Assembly: GCA_009602735.1 (NCBI GenBank)
Contig: WELA01003606.1
Span: 391,653-439,016, forward strand
Source: Mesotaenium endlicherianum
Lineage: Eukaryota
DNA length: 47,364 nucleotides
Direction of reading: 5' to 3'
Part shown: positions 12,541 through 24,898 of the stretch, in pieces
Layout of the letters: each line of letters starts with the position of its first letter
Position numbering within the stretch: position 1 is the first letter of the stretch
Notes under the pieces: model-generated
The model's input: only the letters and a program-made list of their open reading frames with translations
What the model was told of the DNA's origin: nothing
Databases searched by the model: none
Translations under genes and position numbers: made by a program

Positions 12541-13205
12541 TTAAGTTCAGCATGCTGAACTTTAGTCAACATTCAGTCTGCTGGACTTTATATACTTATC
12601 AGTTTAATGACTCAGCCGAGAGCAGCAGGCTCAAGTCAACTTAGGTTAGCTTCTTGGCACATTCTTTGACAGCCAGCTGACTTCCATACTCGATAGCAGC
12701 AAACTGCCTAGATATGCATCTAAGTGTGATATGCTAGATGAACGGCCAGATGACATCCTTGGGATGGATGGCGATTCGGGATGATGGGAGATGGTGGTGA
12801 ATTTGGTTAACCGAGGTCCTACCAACGTGGTTAACTCCCGGGTAAGCGGTGCCATCGCACTTGCCATTGAACAGTAAATTCATTCCATGTACATATGTTA
12901 GACATTGCTTTCGAGTTCGGCATTCGGAAACAAGGCCAACTCTCTTGTACTACTTACTGAGAGATATTTGAATCCAAGGCGAGAAGCCATTGATACGCAC
13001 TGTCTTCTAGCTTTGCTTATGTATGAGTTCACTGATTGCATTATTGATGCTCGTTTACGTAAATTTGACTTGCGAGTATTGTCCACCGCTAGTACGTCTG
13101 TCTTTTGCTGTTTCATCAGTTAACGAAAAATACCATAAAGATTACTCGCTGATATAAAGATCTTTGTTAATTGTTAATCGTCTATTGGTAAGTCGATTCA
13201 TTTAA
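12541..13205 (+). repeat. 5' LTR of family C copy 3 (first ~55 bp missing)
   Basis: Direct repeat of ~21035-21697. Confidence 0.9.
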
Positions 13206-13238
13206 GTGGTATCGACACAATTATCACAGTAGTCGTGT

Positions 13239-16200
13239 ATGGTGAGGACTAGGTCTCAAACTAGCAACTCTTCAAAAGAGGTGAGGATAATGATAACATT
13301 GTAGAAGGGCAGGACAAAAGTCGCGTCTTTGGATCCCATACCCGCTTGGAAACAGTGCACGATGCAGGAGCTAAAGAAGCTGCTGAGCAGGCTGCAGCTA
13401 TTGTTGCAGTAGCAGCCCAGTGGGCTGAGGATGAGCGTTTAGCCAAAGAGGTAGAGGAGGCAGTAAACAGGAGAGCCCTTGATGAAAGGATGGTGGAAGA
13501 GCAGATGACAAAATGGGCCAATCTCTGAACCAACCTCCTGTGCCTACTGTTATACCTCTCCCTCAAATTCGCAGACAGTTGAGCGTAACAGGCATAGCCG
13601 GAGCGGCAGCAATGGGGAATCCCGAAGCTGCTGCTAATTGAGCTAATGTTGCTGCTGCTGCGTTTGCCGAGCTACCACCTCGGAATGTAGATCTGGGAGC
13701 TTTATTTGTTCAGATGCAATCGCAAATGGCGAGCATGTATCAATCCCAACAAGAGGACAAAAGAATCATGATGGCATTGCTGCGTGACAGGGACCAACTG
13801 GGTTCTGAAACCACCAGTGGTGGTGGCAGAGGGCCTAGTAAGCCCAAGCCAAAGCCTCTCCAGGACTATGATCCTGAGGGAAACAAAAAGTATTAGCTAA
13901 TCAAGTTTCTCGTTGATGTTGAGCAGTAGCTGGAGAACTACCGCTGCAGGATTACGAGAAGGTCAGTACATCGGTGCTCTTCTGAAAGGCAGTGCAGCAG
14001 ACTGGTGGCTGTATTGGAGAGGAGAGCGTAAGGCTCAGCAGCTCGGTGACCCTACTTGGGTAGAGTTTGTCTAGAAATTGCATGAGAAGTTTGATGTCAT
14101 CAATCAGCAGGACAAAGCTATCTATGCAATGATCTCTTTGACACTGAAGTAGACCACTTCAGTTCCTGAGGTTGCTCAAAAGTTCCAGGAGAACATGATG
14201 AAGCAGCCAAATTTGCCAGATTTGCCAGATTTGCCAGATTTGGTGTCTGAGATTGTCAAAAAGCCCCACGGTTCCTACAATGCACTTGAAAAAGACCAGG
14301 TTGAGGACGATCAGGGTGATGAGTATGAGTATCAGTATAATGCTATGCAGTCTAGAAGGAGAGGTGATTACTCTTGAGGTGGCTATGGAAGAGGTGGTGG
14401 TAGGACCAAGCCGAGACCAGCCTCAGCAAAATCTGTTTGTTACCATTGCCAGCAGCTGGGTCACTACAGAAAGCAGTGTCCAGTCAAGCACCTTCCAAAG
14501 GTTGAGAGAAAGGACCAGCCTTTAAAAGACATCAACATTCAGTAATCCAGTCTACTGACTGTGAGGATGTTAGAGATAGTGAGTCGTCACTAGCTGCCCT
14601 CGTAGCAGGTATTATGGGTCCTGCTGAACCGGATTCACTATGCATGCCTGACAAATAGATAAAGGAGACCATCAGCAATATAGATCTTCAGGGAGTGCAC
14701 AGTCTGGATGATCTTGTTCCACCTGATGTCCAACATTTCTTTGCTAAGTCAGGAGAACAATGCGAAAGTCAGGAAAAGTCAATCTCCCCCATTTTCTTGG
14801 AATGTATGATTGCAGGTAGGAAGGTAAGGGCATTTGTTGACAAAGGGGCGTCACATACTTTTATCCACAAGGACTTAGTTAAGCGACTAAGGCTGCCTAC
14901 TGTCACCCAAGAGAATAGAAAAATATTCCTTGGAGATGCCTCAAGTATCCCGGGAGGAGTTATAACCAAGCCTATTGAGGTCCAGTTAGGTTCTCGCATT
15001 GTAATTCTAACTGAAACGCTTACATTTGAGGTACTCAACACTGGCTTTTATGATATCGTGCTAGGCAGGTCCTGGCTTAACAGACATCAAGCTGAAGTGT
15101 GTTGGAGCAGAGGTACAGTTACAGTGAGAGGAGCCAATGATGGGAAGACTAACTTGGCACCCACCAGTGCTCTTCCTCTTGTCCTGTATGGATGGCAAAT
15201 GAAGGAAAAGAAGAGGCTTCCAGAAGGATGCAAGTTGCTGAATGTAATGGAGTTCATCGAAAGCTGGAATCAAAAGGAAGACAGAATGTTATGTCTGCTG
15301 CTAAGAGAGGTACTCCCTCAACCTCAAGAAGTGGTTAAGAAAAAGGTGAGCCCTCCGAAGCACCCTACTGCTGCAAAAATTGTTGCTCAGTATACTGATG
15401 TTTTTAATATGCCTCCAGGATTGCCCCCTACGAGGGAAGTAGATCATAGAATTGATTTATTACCTGGAAGTCAACCACCTTGGCAACGCACTTATGGCTT
15501 GTCTAATGTGGAGAGCGAAGAGTTGAAAATACAGATTGCAGAGCTGGAGGAAAATGGTTATATTTCCCCCAGTAAATCACCTTATGGCGCACCCATCCTA
15601 TTTGTTAATTAGAAGGATGGTAGTATGCGAATGTGTGTGGATTATAGAACTCTTAACAAAAACAAAATTACAGTAAAGAACAAGTATGCTTCACCCACAA
15701 TTGAGGACTTGCTTGATGTCCTGTCTGGTGCTTAAGTGTTCTTTAAGATAGATCTCAAGAGTGGGTATCATCAAATCAAAATTGCTGAGGGAGATCAACA
15801 CAAGACTGCCTTCCGCACACGTTATGGACATTATGAGTTCAACGTGATGCCATTTGGACTGACTAATGCTCCTGCGACCTTCATGAGTGCTATGAATGAC
15901 ATTTTCAGACCTTATTTAGATAAGTTTGTGCAAGTTTTCCTGGATGATATTTTAATTTTCTCTAATGATGAAGCTCAGCACACTGAACACTTAAAGACTG
16001 TCATTGTAGCGATCTGAGCTTTTTAGGCGTGTTTGGGACGTTTTCCCGATTACCTAAAATATGTTATATTATTTATCATACATTATTTGATAAAGATTGC
16101 ATCAGATTGAATTATTCGCCACACGTGTGTGCCGATTAATTCCCGGTCGATTGGCGAAACGACCGAGATAATATTGCAAAAAGCGTCGTAACATAATTCG

Positions 16201-18922
16201 ACTACTTCGCAAAAGTACGACATAATTATTCATGAAGTTACTTTGATTAATTATGAGATGATAACTTAATTAATCATTGTTATTTTAATTGTCACAGATT
16301 TTGGATTTTAATGCACAGTCACAGATTTTGGATTTACGACCAGTCGTTTATAGGAACAAACAGTTGTAAAAGTCAAACGACACATAATATGCAAAGCGAC
16401 TTTGCATCCGAGCGGATTCAAACCCGCGACCCGTCGTTTGAAACGTTCACACCTAACAGCTTGGCAAAGTGGTTTTTATAACTACCGATTCATGACGAAA
16501 AGCATGTGTACGCGACATCGCAAACAGTCGCAACTTTTTGGAAAGTCGCAAGAACGCGAAAACGCCCGTTTGGCGCGAAACGGTTTTTCAAAAACCGTCA
16601 AAAAGTCTCCATACGGTCAAACAGCGCGTTTCGAGCATTCAGCCGAAATGGGTTGTACCCCTTCGCCTGTTTTCGTTGACATGAATCTGTGCTTTAAGTG
16701 GTGACTCGAAGCACTCCAGTGCCTCACGTCGTGCAGGTATAAATACGTGCAGAGTCATTGTGAGTGCAACTCTCAGAAGCACACATTCTACGTTAGTTTT
16801 CATTTTCGCTTTTTTGAGGATTTGTCAATTTGCACAAGTATATAGATTTTCTTTCCACTTCATTTAAATATTCCTTGAATACCGAGGAAAGATCCTCTCA
16901 AAAAGCAGAAACGTTACAGTCATGGACACTCTGAGAAGAAATCAGTTATATGCTAAAATGAGCAAGTGTAATCTCTTTAAGGAAAGTATTGAATTCTTGG
17001 GCCACGTTGTCAGTAAGGAAGGCATCATTGTGGATCCTACGAAAATCCAAACCATAAGGGACTGGCAAATATCGGAGTCTGTCTCAGAAGTCAGATCCTT
17101 CCTTGGGGTTGGCTAACTAATACAGGAGATTCATTGAAAATTATTCTACAAAGGTCAGTAAACTGACTGACCTTACTAAGAAGGGCATAGGGTATGTGTG
17201 GGGGGAAGAGCAGCGAGCTGCCTTCCAGACCCTTAAAGATGCTCTTTGTTTTGCCCGAGTCTTAGCTGTGTATGACCCCAGCAAACCTGTGAAGGTGGTT
17301 ACTGATGCTTTTGACTTTGCCATGGGTGCTATTTTGTTGCAGCCTGCTGACAAAACCAAAAAGGATGGTACGGTAGAGCAAGAGTGGCACCCGGTGCTGT
17401 ATGAGTCTATGAAATTCAACCCACCTAAAATTAACTACTATGTGCATGATAAAGAGCTGCTTGCTATCATTCATGTGCTCAAACAGTGGAGCGCATACTT
17501 ACATGGTAAAGCTTTTAAAGTGATTACATATCACCTAGCTCTGACTCACTTTCATAAGAAGTCCAAGCTGTTGAGGAGGGAGAACCGCTGGAGCCAGATG
17601 CTGGAGCAATTCCAAGTCCAGATTGACTACAAACCAGGGAAGTTGAATCCTGCTGATGCACTCTCTAGAAGACCTGACTTGCAAGGAAGGAACTTTAGTC
17701 AGCATGCTGTAGACAATGTTCTTTGTGCACTCACTTCACTAAAGGTGAAAAAGTCCTTCCTGGAACAACTTAGGAAAGCTTACCTTTCTGACCCAACATT
17801 TGAGTCCAGCCCACCGATAATGTGTGTCCTGCTACTGCACTCGGGTATCGGCTAAAAGGAGGGGTCTGGGTGATTGAAACCACCTCAGGCAGGCTGAAGC
17901 TGGTCATTCCTAATAACTTGGAAATAAGGTCACTCTTATTGAGTCAAGCACATGACAGTTTGCTGGGTGGGCATTGGGGCAGGCAAAAACTGTTGGCAAA
18001 CTGGCAAAACATTATCATTGCGATGGGTTGCCTCGGGAGGTCTTGAAATATGTTAAGTCTTGTGATCAGTGTCAAAAAATTAAGTCTAGGCACACACCAC
18101 TCGGGGGGCTATTACAACCACTACCCATCCCACCTGGACGCTGGAAAACAATATCCATGGACTGGGTGGTAAAACTACCAAGAATTGCCAATGGGCATGA
18201 TTCTATACTGCTAGTAGTGAATAAACTGACAGAAATGGTCATTTTCATCCCCACCACTGTCAAAGAAACTGCCCTTAAAACTGCGAGACAATTCTACAAC
18301 CATGTAGTATGCCAACATGGACCACCCTCTAATATTATTTCAAACAGAGATTCAAAAGTTACCTTTAAGTTCTGGAGAGCTTTAATGAGATTAATGGGAG
18401 TCACACAGCTGCTCAGCACAGCAAACCACCCTCAGACTGATGGGCAGACTGAAAGATCTAACCAAGTTTTGCAAGAGGTGCTGAGAGCATATATTGACCA
18501 AAAACAAGATAATTGGGATGACCAGTTGCCTCAAATTCAGTTTGGAGTCAACAGTTTGGTGCACGCATCAACGGGAAAGACTCCTTTTGAACTCAATCTG
18601 GGCAGAGGCCCTAAGTCTTCTTTAGATGTACTAGGGGAGTCTTTAACTCACCCTAACGCGATTGACAATTTGGTCTCTTTCTAGTTAACTCAGGAGTTTG
18701 CTGACACCTTGTGAGATTCCAACACAATCTGCACAAAGTTTAGGAAAATCAACCAAAATACGCTAATCAACACCGTCGGGAGCTGACATTCTCAAATGGC
18801 ATTTGGTCAAACTGCATTCTCAACACCTATACCTGCCTGGTGTGATCAAGAAAAAGCTTGGTTCGGTCTGGGTCGGTCCATATTCAGTGCTGCGCCGTGT
18901 CGGTCTGAATGCTGACAAGCTG
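13239..18922 (+). pseudogene. gag-pol of family C copy 3 (Gag, zinc knuckle, protease, RT, RNase H, integrase; chromodomain deleted)
   Basis: MVRTRSQ start, CYHCQQLGHYRKQC, protease AFVDKGAS...DIVLG, RT FLDD interrupted by family E at 16005, RNase H and integrase fragments; many stops. Confidence 0.92.
16005..16918 (+). mobile_element. Family E solo LTR-like insert, copy 2
   Basis: TGTAGCG...CGTTACA; TSD GTCAT (16000-16004, 16919-16923); RT reading resumes after it; TATAAATA near 16738. Confidence 0.9.
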
Positions 18923-18963
18923 GCACTGCAGCTCCATTAAACTCCTAGTAACCATCCTGTAAG

Positions 18964-19070
18964 GTAAAAGGGAACAAACCTACCCTCCTAATACAAATAT
19001 ATTTCTCTTCCTGCATCTCCTGCGACAAAGATTGAGATCCTACTAACTTGTGCCCTGGTTGCATGTGCAG
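18964..19070 (+). other. Putative intron upstream of extra ORF (copy 3)
   Basis: AAG|GTAAAA, TACTAAC (19041-19047), GCAG|G then ATG at 19072. Confidence 0.65.
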
Positions 19071-19071
19071 G

Positions 19072-20274
19072 ATGGCTCCCACCACACAAAAGGAAGATAG
19101 AAAGCGCAAGGCAGAAGAAGCCAGGAGGACGATGGTGCAATACCAGAAAGAGCTGGCGGCGACGTCCTTCACCAAGAGAGAACAAGAAAGGGTCCGCAAA
19201 CAACAAGAGGTGGCAGACGAAGCACAGAGGAAGAAGGAGCAGGAGGCAAAAAATCTCAGGAAAGCTGAGAAGGAGAGAGAGAAGAAACAACAAGAAGAAG
19301 TGGCGGTAACAGAGGAGGAGAGAAGGAAGAAGGCTGAAGCTGAGAAGCAGAAGAGCCTGGCCACTTACAGATGTACTGTGGTGGGTGGCCAAACCTTTGA
19401 TACCCTGAAGGAAGCATTACTGGCAACCCAGGAGATCAACAAGATGGAACAGAAAACAATGCTACAGAGACAAGGAGCTGAAGCTCTGGATAAGTACATT
19501 GAGACACACACTGGTGTGGTCCTCAACGAAGATTATTCCAAAACGGTGGTGTATACAGCAGAGCAGGCACGGTTTCTTGCAGATGACTCGGAAGATAAGC
19601 CAGTATTAGTGCCTGGCATAGTGGGGAATCAAAGACTCATCAGGATGGTCAGCATGCAGCCCAATAGCTTTAAGGATGCAGTATTTTACCTGACACTATT
19701 GCCAGCCTACAATGAAGTTGAGAGGAGGTGCTGGGAGTACTTGGCAAGGGAAATAGGGCAGCGGATGTTCTCCCCCCACTGGTTTCCTTGTAAGCTGAAA
19801 AAAGTTGAGCATGGGCCACAGTACTACCAGCAGCCCACAGACTGGAGGTGGATGACCGTCACTAACAGAAAGCAGGAGTGTGATCGGGCCCACCCAGATG
19901 ACTTTCGCTATGGGCTAGACGGCTACCTCATCCTACCACCTCACATTGCCCCTTGGGACCCCAGGCTTAATGGATGCTTGAGTAATATGAATGCTGAAGC
20001 TAAGGAGCACAAGAGGAGGGGAAGAGACTCTTTCTCTAAGGGGAAGCATGCCTTTGTCAAATGGGCAAAGAATGCAAGCCGGATAGATATCAGCAAGCTG
20101 AAGGCCAAGCAACCCCCAGCTCGTCCTAAAAAAGTGCGGTCAGTATATTTTTCCATGTCCACCAGGGAGCAGGATGACTTAGTGGACGAGACCCCTACCC
20201 TCTCAGAGGAGGAAGATAAGGAGGATGAGGAAGAAGACCAGGACAGAGGAGAAGCATCAGGAGCTGGTTCTTAG
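19072..20274 (+). CDS. Family C extra ORF: charged coiled coil + unknown Trp/Cys/His-containing domain + acidic tail
   Basis: 400 open codons, conserved with 7911-9173. Terminal TAG corresponds to CAG in copy 2, so the ancestral frame probably extended further (same frame as ORF 20524-20748). Confidence 0.75.
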   Translation: MAPTTQKEDRKRKAEEARRTMVQYQKELAATSFTKREQERVRKQQEVADEAQRKKEQEAKNLRKAEKEREKKQQEEVAVTEEERRKKAEAEKQKSLATYRCTVVGGQTFDTLKEALLATQEINKMEQKTMLQRQGAEALDKYIETHTGVVLNEDYSKTVVYTAEQARFLADDSEDKPVLVPGIVGNQRLIRMVSMQPNSFKDAVFYLTLLPAYNEVERRCWEYLAREIGQRMFSPHWFPCKLKKVEHGPQYYQQPTDWRWMTVTNRKQECDRAHPDDFRYGLDGYLILPPHIAPWDPRLNGCLSNMNAEAKEHKRRGRDSFSKGKHAFVKWAKNASRIDISKLKAKQPPARPKKVRSVYFSMSTREQDDLVDETPTLSEEEDKEDEEEDQDRGEASGAGS

Positions 20275-20980
20275 GAGACCCAGGGGCAGGCAGAAGCGGG
20301 GACTCCTAGGGCGCCAAGATCAGGTGTATGGAATGTGATCCCTATTGTGGAGACAACAAGTACCCGCACTCGTTCTCCCAGCCCACCTGCCCAAGCAGGG
20401 GAAGAAGCTGATCTGACTGTTCTTGGCAGCAGAGAAAGGCAAAAATCCCCAGAGGACAGGGGTACCAGAAGAGGACGCGAAGTAGCCAGAGGTATATAGG
20501 CCACCCCCTTCAGTGAGGGACATGTGCCTCTTGCCAATGTATTTTCGCATCCTACCGGAATGCCGGTTTATGTGGGCATTAACACCCAGGTGGTTGAAAA
20601 GCAGGCTAAAATCCTTCGTTCTCCTCGAGGCCCAACTTTAGAACAAATAGGGTTCTTTAGAAGGCCAGCTGATAGATCTAGAGGGCTATCCAGATCTAGG
20701 TCCAGAGCTCAGTCTCCTGATCTTGGAGCCTTAGGAACAACCCCCTAAACATCAAAACCATCCTCCAGTCAAGCCTTGCTGGAGGTCTCTCTGTTTGCAC
20801 CCCACAACGGAAGTGGGCTTAGGGTGGAGGTGACAATTCACTGTCAATAGTGATCCCCACAGCTAGGCAACAGTGTTGAAGCAAGAGGCAGGCGGTGGGG
20901 GGTGAGACTTTGTTAGTTTCTTGACTGATAATTCTACAGTTTAATGTTGTCGAGGCGACAACAATTTGAGTTGCAATGAT

Positions 20981-21697
20981 TGTAATGAATCAGTATATTG
21001 GTAGATCTAATATTACTCATATATAATAGTTAATGAAATTTAGCATGCTGAACTTCAGTCAACATTCAGTCTGCTGGATTTTATATACTTATCAGTTTAA
21101 TGACTTAGCCGAGAGCAACTGGCTGAAGTCAACTTAGGTCAGCTTGCTGACACATTCTTTGACAGCCAGCCGACTTCCGTATTCGGTAGCAACAAACTGC
21201 CTAGATATGCATCTAATTGTGATATGCTAAATGAATGGCCAGATGACATCCTTGGGATGGATGACGATTCGGGATGATGGGAGATGGTGGTGGATTTGGT
21301 TAACCGAGGTCCTAACAACGTGGTTAACTCCCGGGTAGGCGGTGCCATCGCACTTGCCATTGAACAGTAAACTCATTCCATGTACATATGCTAGACATTG
21401 TTCTCGAGTTCGGCATTCGGAATCGAGGCCAACTCTCTTGTACTACTTACTGAGAGATATGTGAATCCAAGGCAAAAAGCCATTGTACGCACTGTCTTCT
21501 AGCTTTGCTTATGTATGATTTTACTGATTGCATTATTGATGCTCGTATGCGTACATTTGACTTGCGAGTATTGTCCACCGCTAGTACGTTTGTCTTTTCC
21601 TGTCAAATCAGTTAACAAAAAATACCATAAAGATTACTCGCTGATATAAAGATCTTTGTTAATTGTTAATTGTCTATTGGTGAGTCGATTCATTTCA
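20981..21697 (+). repeat. 3' LTR of family C copy 3
   Basis: TGTAATGAAT...ATTCATTTCA, 717 bp. Confidence 0.93.
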
Positions 21698-22091
21698 ATT
21701 GCTCCACGCGACGTGTCGCACGCGCCGCATCCGGCCACGCGGCGGATTGTTACAATCCTCCCACCTACAAGTGTGCACGTCCCGAGCACTCATGCTCCGG
21801 CACCCGTGAGGGACATTGTTGCGGGATAGTGTCCTTTTTACGCACAATCCAAAGATCGCCGTATGATCGTACCATCGACGAGTTTCGCACCCCGCGGGAT
21901 TTGAACCCTCGTCTCCTGAACACGATTGCGTACATTCGCGCTCCGATACCAATGTAGCAATACGAACAAAAAGGTAACTTGAGGTACTTTGATCGCATGC
22001 CAATTGTACTTATACAATTCAAATCGATACTTCTATCGCTCCACGCGATGTGTCGCACGCGCCGCATCCGGCCAAGCGGCGGATCGTTACA
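21698..22091 (-). mobile_element. TRIM (miniature non-autonomous LTR element), 3' LTR truncated
   Basis: 139-bp LTR 21953-22091 (TGTAAC...GCTACA on -), PBS TGGTATCGGAGC 21940-21951, ~200-bp interior, PPT GGTGGGAGGAT 21755-21765, partial second LTR 21698-21754. Confidence 0.85.
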
Positions 22092-22131
22092 CTCTCTCTC
22101 ACGCGTCTTCTCTCTTGCTCGCTCTTGCTCG

Positions 22132-22181
<50 letters not shown>

Positions 22182-22182
22182 N

Positions 22183-22224
<42 letters not shown>
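22092..22224. repeat. (CT)n microsatellite
   Basis: Direct observation; contains an N, so the true length is uncertain. Confidence 0.97.
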
Positions 22225-22230
<6 letters not shown>

Positions 22231-22321
22231 TCAACTCTTTATCAGTTCAACTCTTCGCAGAAGGAAACATGCTTGGGAAAAAAAAACTTGAAAGGGAAAA
22301 ACAAATGCAAAAGTTAGTATC

Positions 22322-24846
22322 TGAAATGAATCTTGCTTATTCAAGATTAATATATTTCATTTAAATATATAAGATCAGAGATAGGTGGAAGCGTGTGAAA
22401 TTAGGGAGCGATCTTCGCCCTTATAATGAATTCCGTTTACTCATCTACACCCCTTGACTCATTTACCGTAGTGTGCCATAGTTGCACACTAACACGAGGC
22501 ACAAGTAAGAGGCGAGCTTGAGTACTTGAGCTTCTCCTTTAGAAACTCATGGCCTCTTGCCTACCAGGCATGCAAGCATGTATAGCACATGCACAACATC
22601 AGGGGACTAAATAGCAAAGGCGCTCTCATTTAGATGACCATAATGTAGCTAAGACACATCCCACTGACTTAGGTACAAAAACATGGAATTTGTCCGCTGT
22701 GTGACCCCGAAATGTCAGAGGGCATAACTCTGCCAATACTACTCCAAATTGAGCAATGTAATGAATCAATTCATTATGTATTTAATTAATTGCATATATA
22801 AATATAACACTAAATAAGTATTATGTCAGTATACTCACATGTGCGAGTTCATCTAAATGAATGAACGTCGATGTAATGCGAGTTTTTTTACTTTGTCAAA
22901 AATGTCAGCAGGATGACTTTTGTATCACAGTGTAGTTTGTTGACTTGTTGGGAAGGTCAGCAGGATGACTTTTGTGTCATAGTATAGTTTGCTGAGATTT
23001 GTATATCAGTTATATATAGGATGTAATATCAATAGGTTGACATATAGTAAGCTCTCCTCATATTAGTCAGTATACTTAGCTTCAGTACGCTAAGGATAGA
23101 TACATTCATTTAGATTATTATTTGTAGATTGGCACATGTGACCGTAGTATACTGAAAGTCGGAAGGTCGACTGAGATTCGGTAAACCGATGTCCTACCAG
23201 TGTGGTTAACTCCTGGGTGGGCGGAGCCGTCGTCAGTCAACTGAACAATTAGGACTTCAGTCAACCGACCAATTAATATGGTCGTTATACCTAGATCCGG
23301 GGGTCCCAACTTAACGGGTTTCCCACGAAACGGCGCACCTTGCGCCGTGGTCAACCAGGTGGTCACTAGGTTCATAGCAGGCTGGGATCTCGTGGTCCCT
23401 CATTCTGGACAGTAGGCTTTACAGTCGAATTTCTACTTGCAAGTCATGTGTGCACTTTTGGGTTTGTTCTAATGACCAGCCTTCACGGAAAATGACATGC
23501 TTGCTTCGTCTGCGCTCCAAATGAAACGAACTAGATGTTTTCCGAAAGGTCTCGTCAAGATGCATCCGTTGCCGTTAAGTTTGCTCAATTTAGAGTAGTA
23601 TTGGCAGAGTTATTTCCTCTGACATTTCGGGGTCACATAGTGGACAGATTCCATGGTTTTGCACCTAAGTCAGTGGGATGTGTTTTAGCTACATTATGGT
23701 CATTCGAATGAGAGCGCCTTTGCTATTCAGTCCCCTGATGTTGTGCATGTGCTATTCATGCTTGCATGCCTGGTAGGCAAGAGGCCATGAGTTTCTAAAG
23801 GAGAAGCTCTACTCCTCAAGCTCGCCTCTTTCTTGTGCCTTGTATTCGCGTGCAACTATGGCACACTACGATGAGTGAATCAAAGATTATAGATGAGTAA
23901 ACGGAATTCATTATAAGGGCAAAGATCGCTCCCTGATTTCACACGCTTCCACCTATCTCTGTTTTTTTATATTTTAATGAAATATATTAATCTTGAATAA
24001 GGAAGTTTCATTTCAAGCAAACTCAACGGCAACGGATGTATCTTGACGAGATCTTTCCGAAAAGTCCTAGTTCGTCCCATTTAGAGCGCAGAACAAAGCA
24101 GCCATGTCAATTTTCGTGAAGGCTGGTCATTGAAACGAACCCAAAAGTGCACACATGACTTGCAAGTAGAAATCCGACTGTAAAGCCTACTGTCTAGAAT
24201 GAGGGACCACGAGATCCTAGCCTGCTATGTACCCAGTGACCACCTGGTTGACCACGGCGCAAGGTGCGCCGTTTCGTGAGAAACCCGTTAAGTTGGGACC
24301 CACGGATCTAGGTATAACGACCATATTAATTGGTCGGTTGACTGAAGTCCTAATTGTTCAGTTGACTGACGACGGCTCCGCCTCCCCAGGAGTTAACCAC
24401 ATTGGTAGGACATCGGTTTACCGAATCTCAGTCGACCTTCCGACTTTCAGTATACTACGGTCACATGTGCCAATCTACAAATATTAATCTAAATGAATGT
24501 ATCTATCCTCAGCGTACTGAAGCTAAGAATACTGACTAATATGAGGAGAGCTCACTATATGTCAACCTACTGATATAACATCCTATATATAACTGATATA
24601 CAAATCTCAGCAAACTATACTATGACACAAAAGTCATTCTGCTGACCTTCTCAACAAGTCGAGCAAACTACACTATGATACAAAAGTCATCCTGCTGACC
24701 TTTTTGACAAAGTAAGTAAACTCGCATTACATCGACATACATTCATTTAGATGAACTCGCACATGTGAGTGTATTGACACAATACAAATTTAGTGTTATA
24801 TTTATATTTGCAATTAATTAAATAAATAATAAATTGATTCATTACA
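22322..24846 (-). repeat. 3' LTR of family N (split by an inverted solo LTR of the same family)
   Basis: 22322-22756 plus 24021-24846 matches 41214-42474. Confidence 0.93.
22757..24015 (+). mobile_element. Family N solo LTR, opposite orientation
   Basis: TGTAATGAAT...TTCATTTCA; TSD AGCAA (22752-22756, 24016-24020). Confidence 0.93.
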
Positions 24847-24882
24847 ATCTCCCCAACTTAAATTGTTGTCGCCTCGACAACA
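24847..24882 (-). promoter_or_regulatory. Hairpin + polypurine tract of family N
   Basis: - strand TGTTGTCG-AGG-CGACAACA-ATTTAAGTTGGGGAGAT then LTR TG. Confidence 0.8.
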
Positions 24883-24898
24883 CTCAGCATATGATACT

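Larger units (their letters stand above)
12541..21697 (+). mobile_element. Family C copy 3, near full length, degenerate
   Basis: 5' LTR (cut by piggyBac), degenerate PBS TGGTATCG at 13207, gag-pol, extra ORF, hairpin plus degenerate PPT, complete 3' LTR. Confidence 0.92.

Noticed and set aside
21880..21951. tRNA gene
   Set aside because: Only a T-arm/B-box-like piece; no cloverleaf could be built and it lies within a TRIM.
21765..22364. ER/LS-repeat ORFs
   Set aside because: Translations of the (CT)n microsatellite.
23118..23375. 85-86 aa ORF repeated three times (also 24227, 41855)
   Set aside because: Lies antisense within near-identical family N LTRs; recurrence reflects LTR identity, and there is no protein motif.
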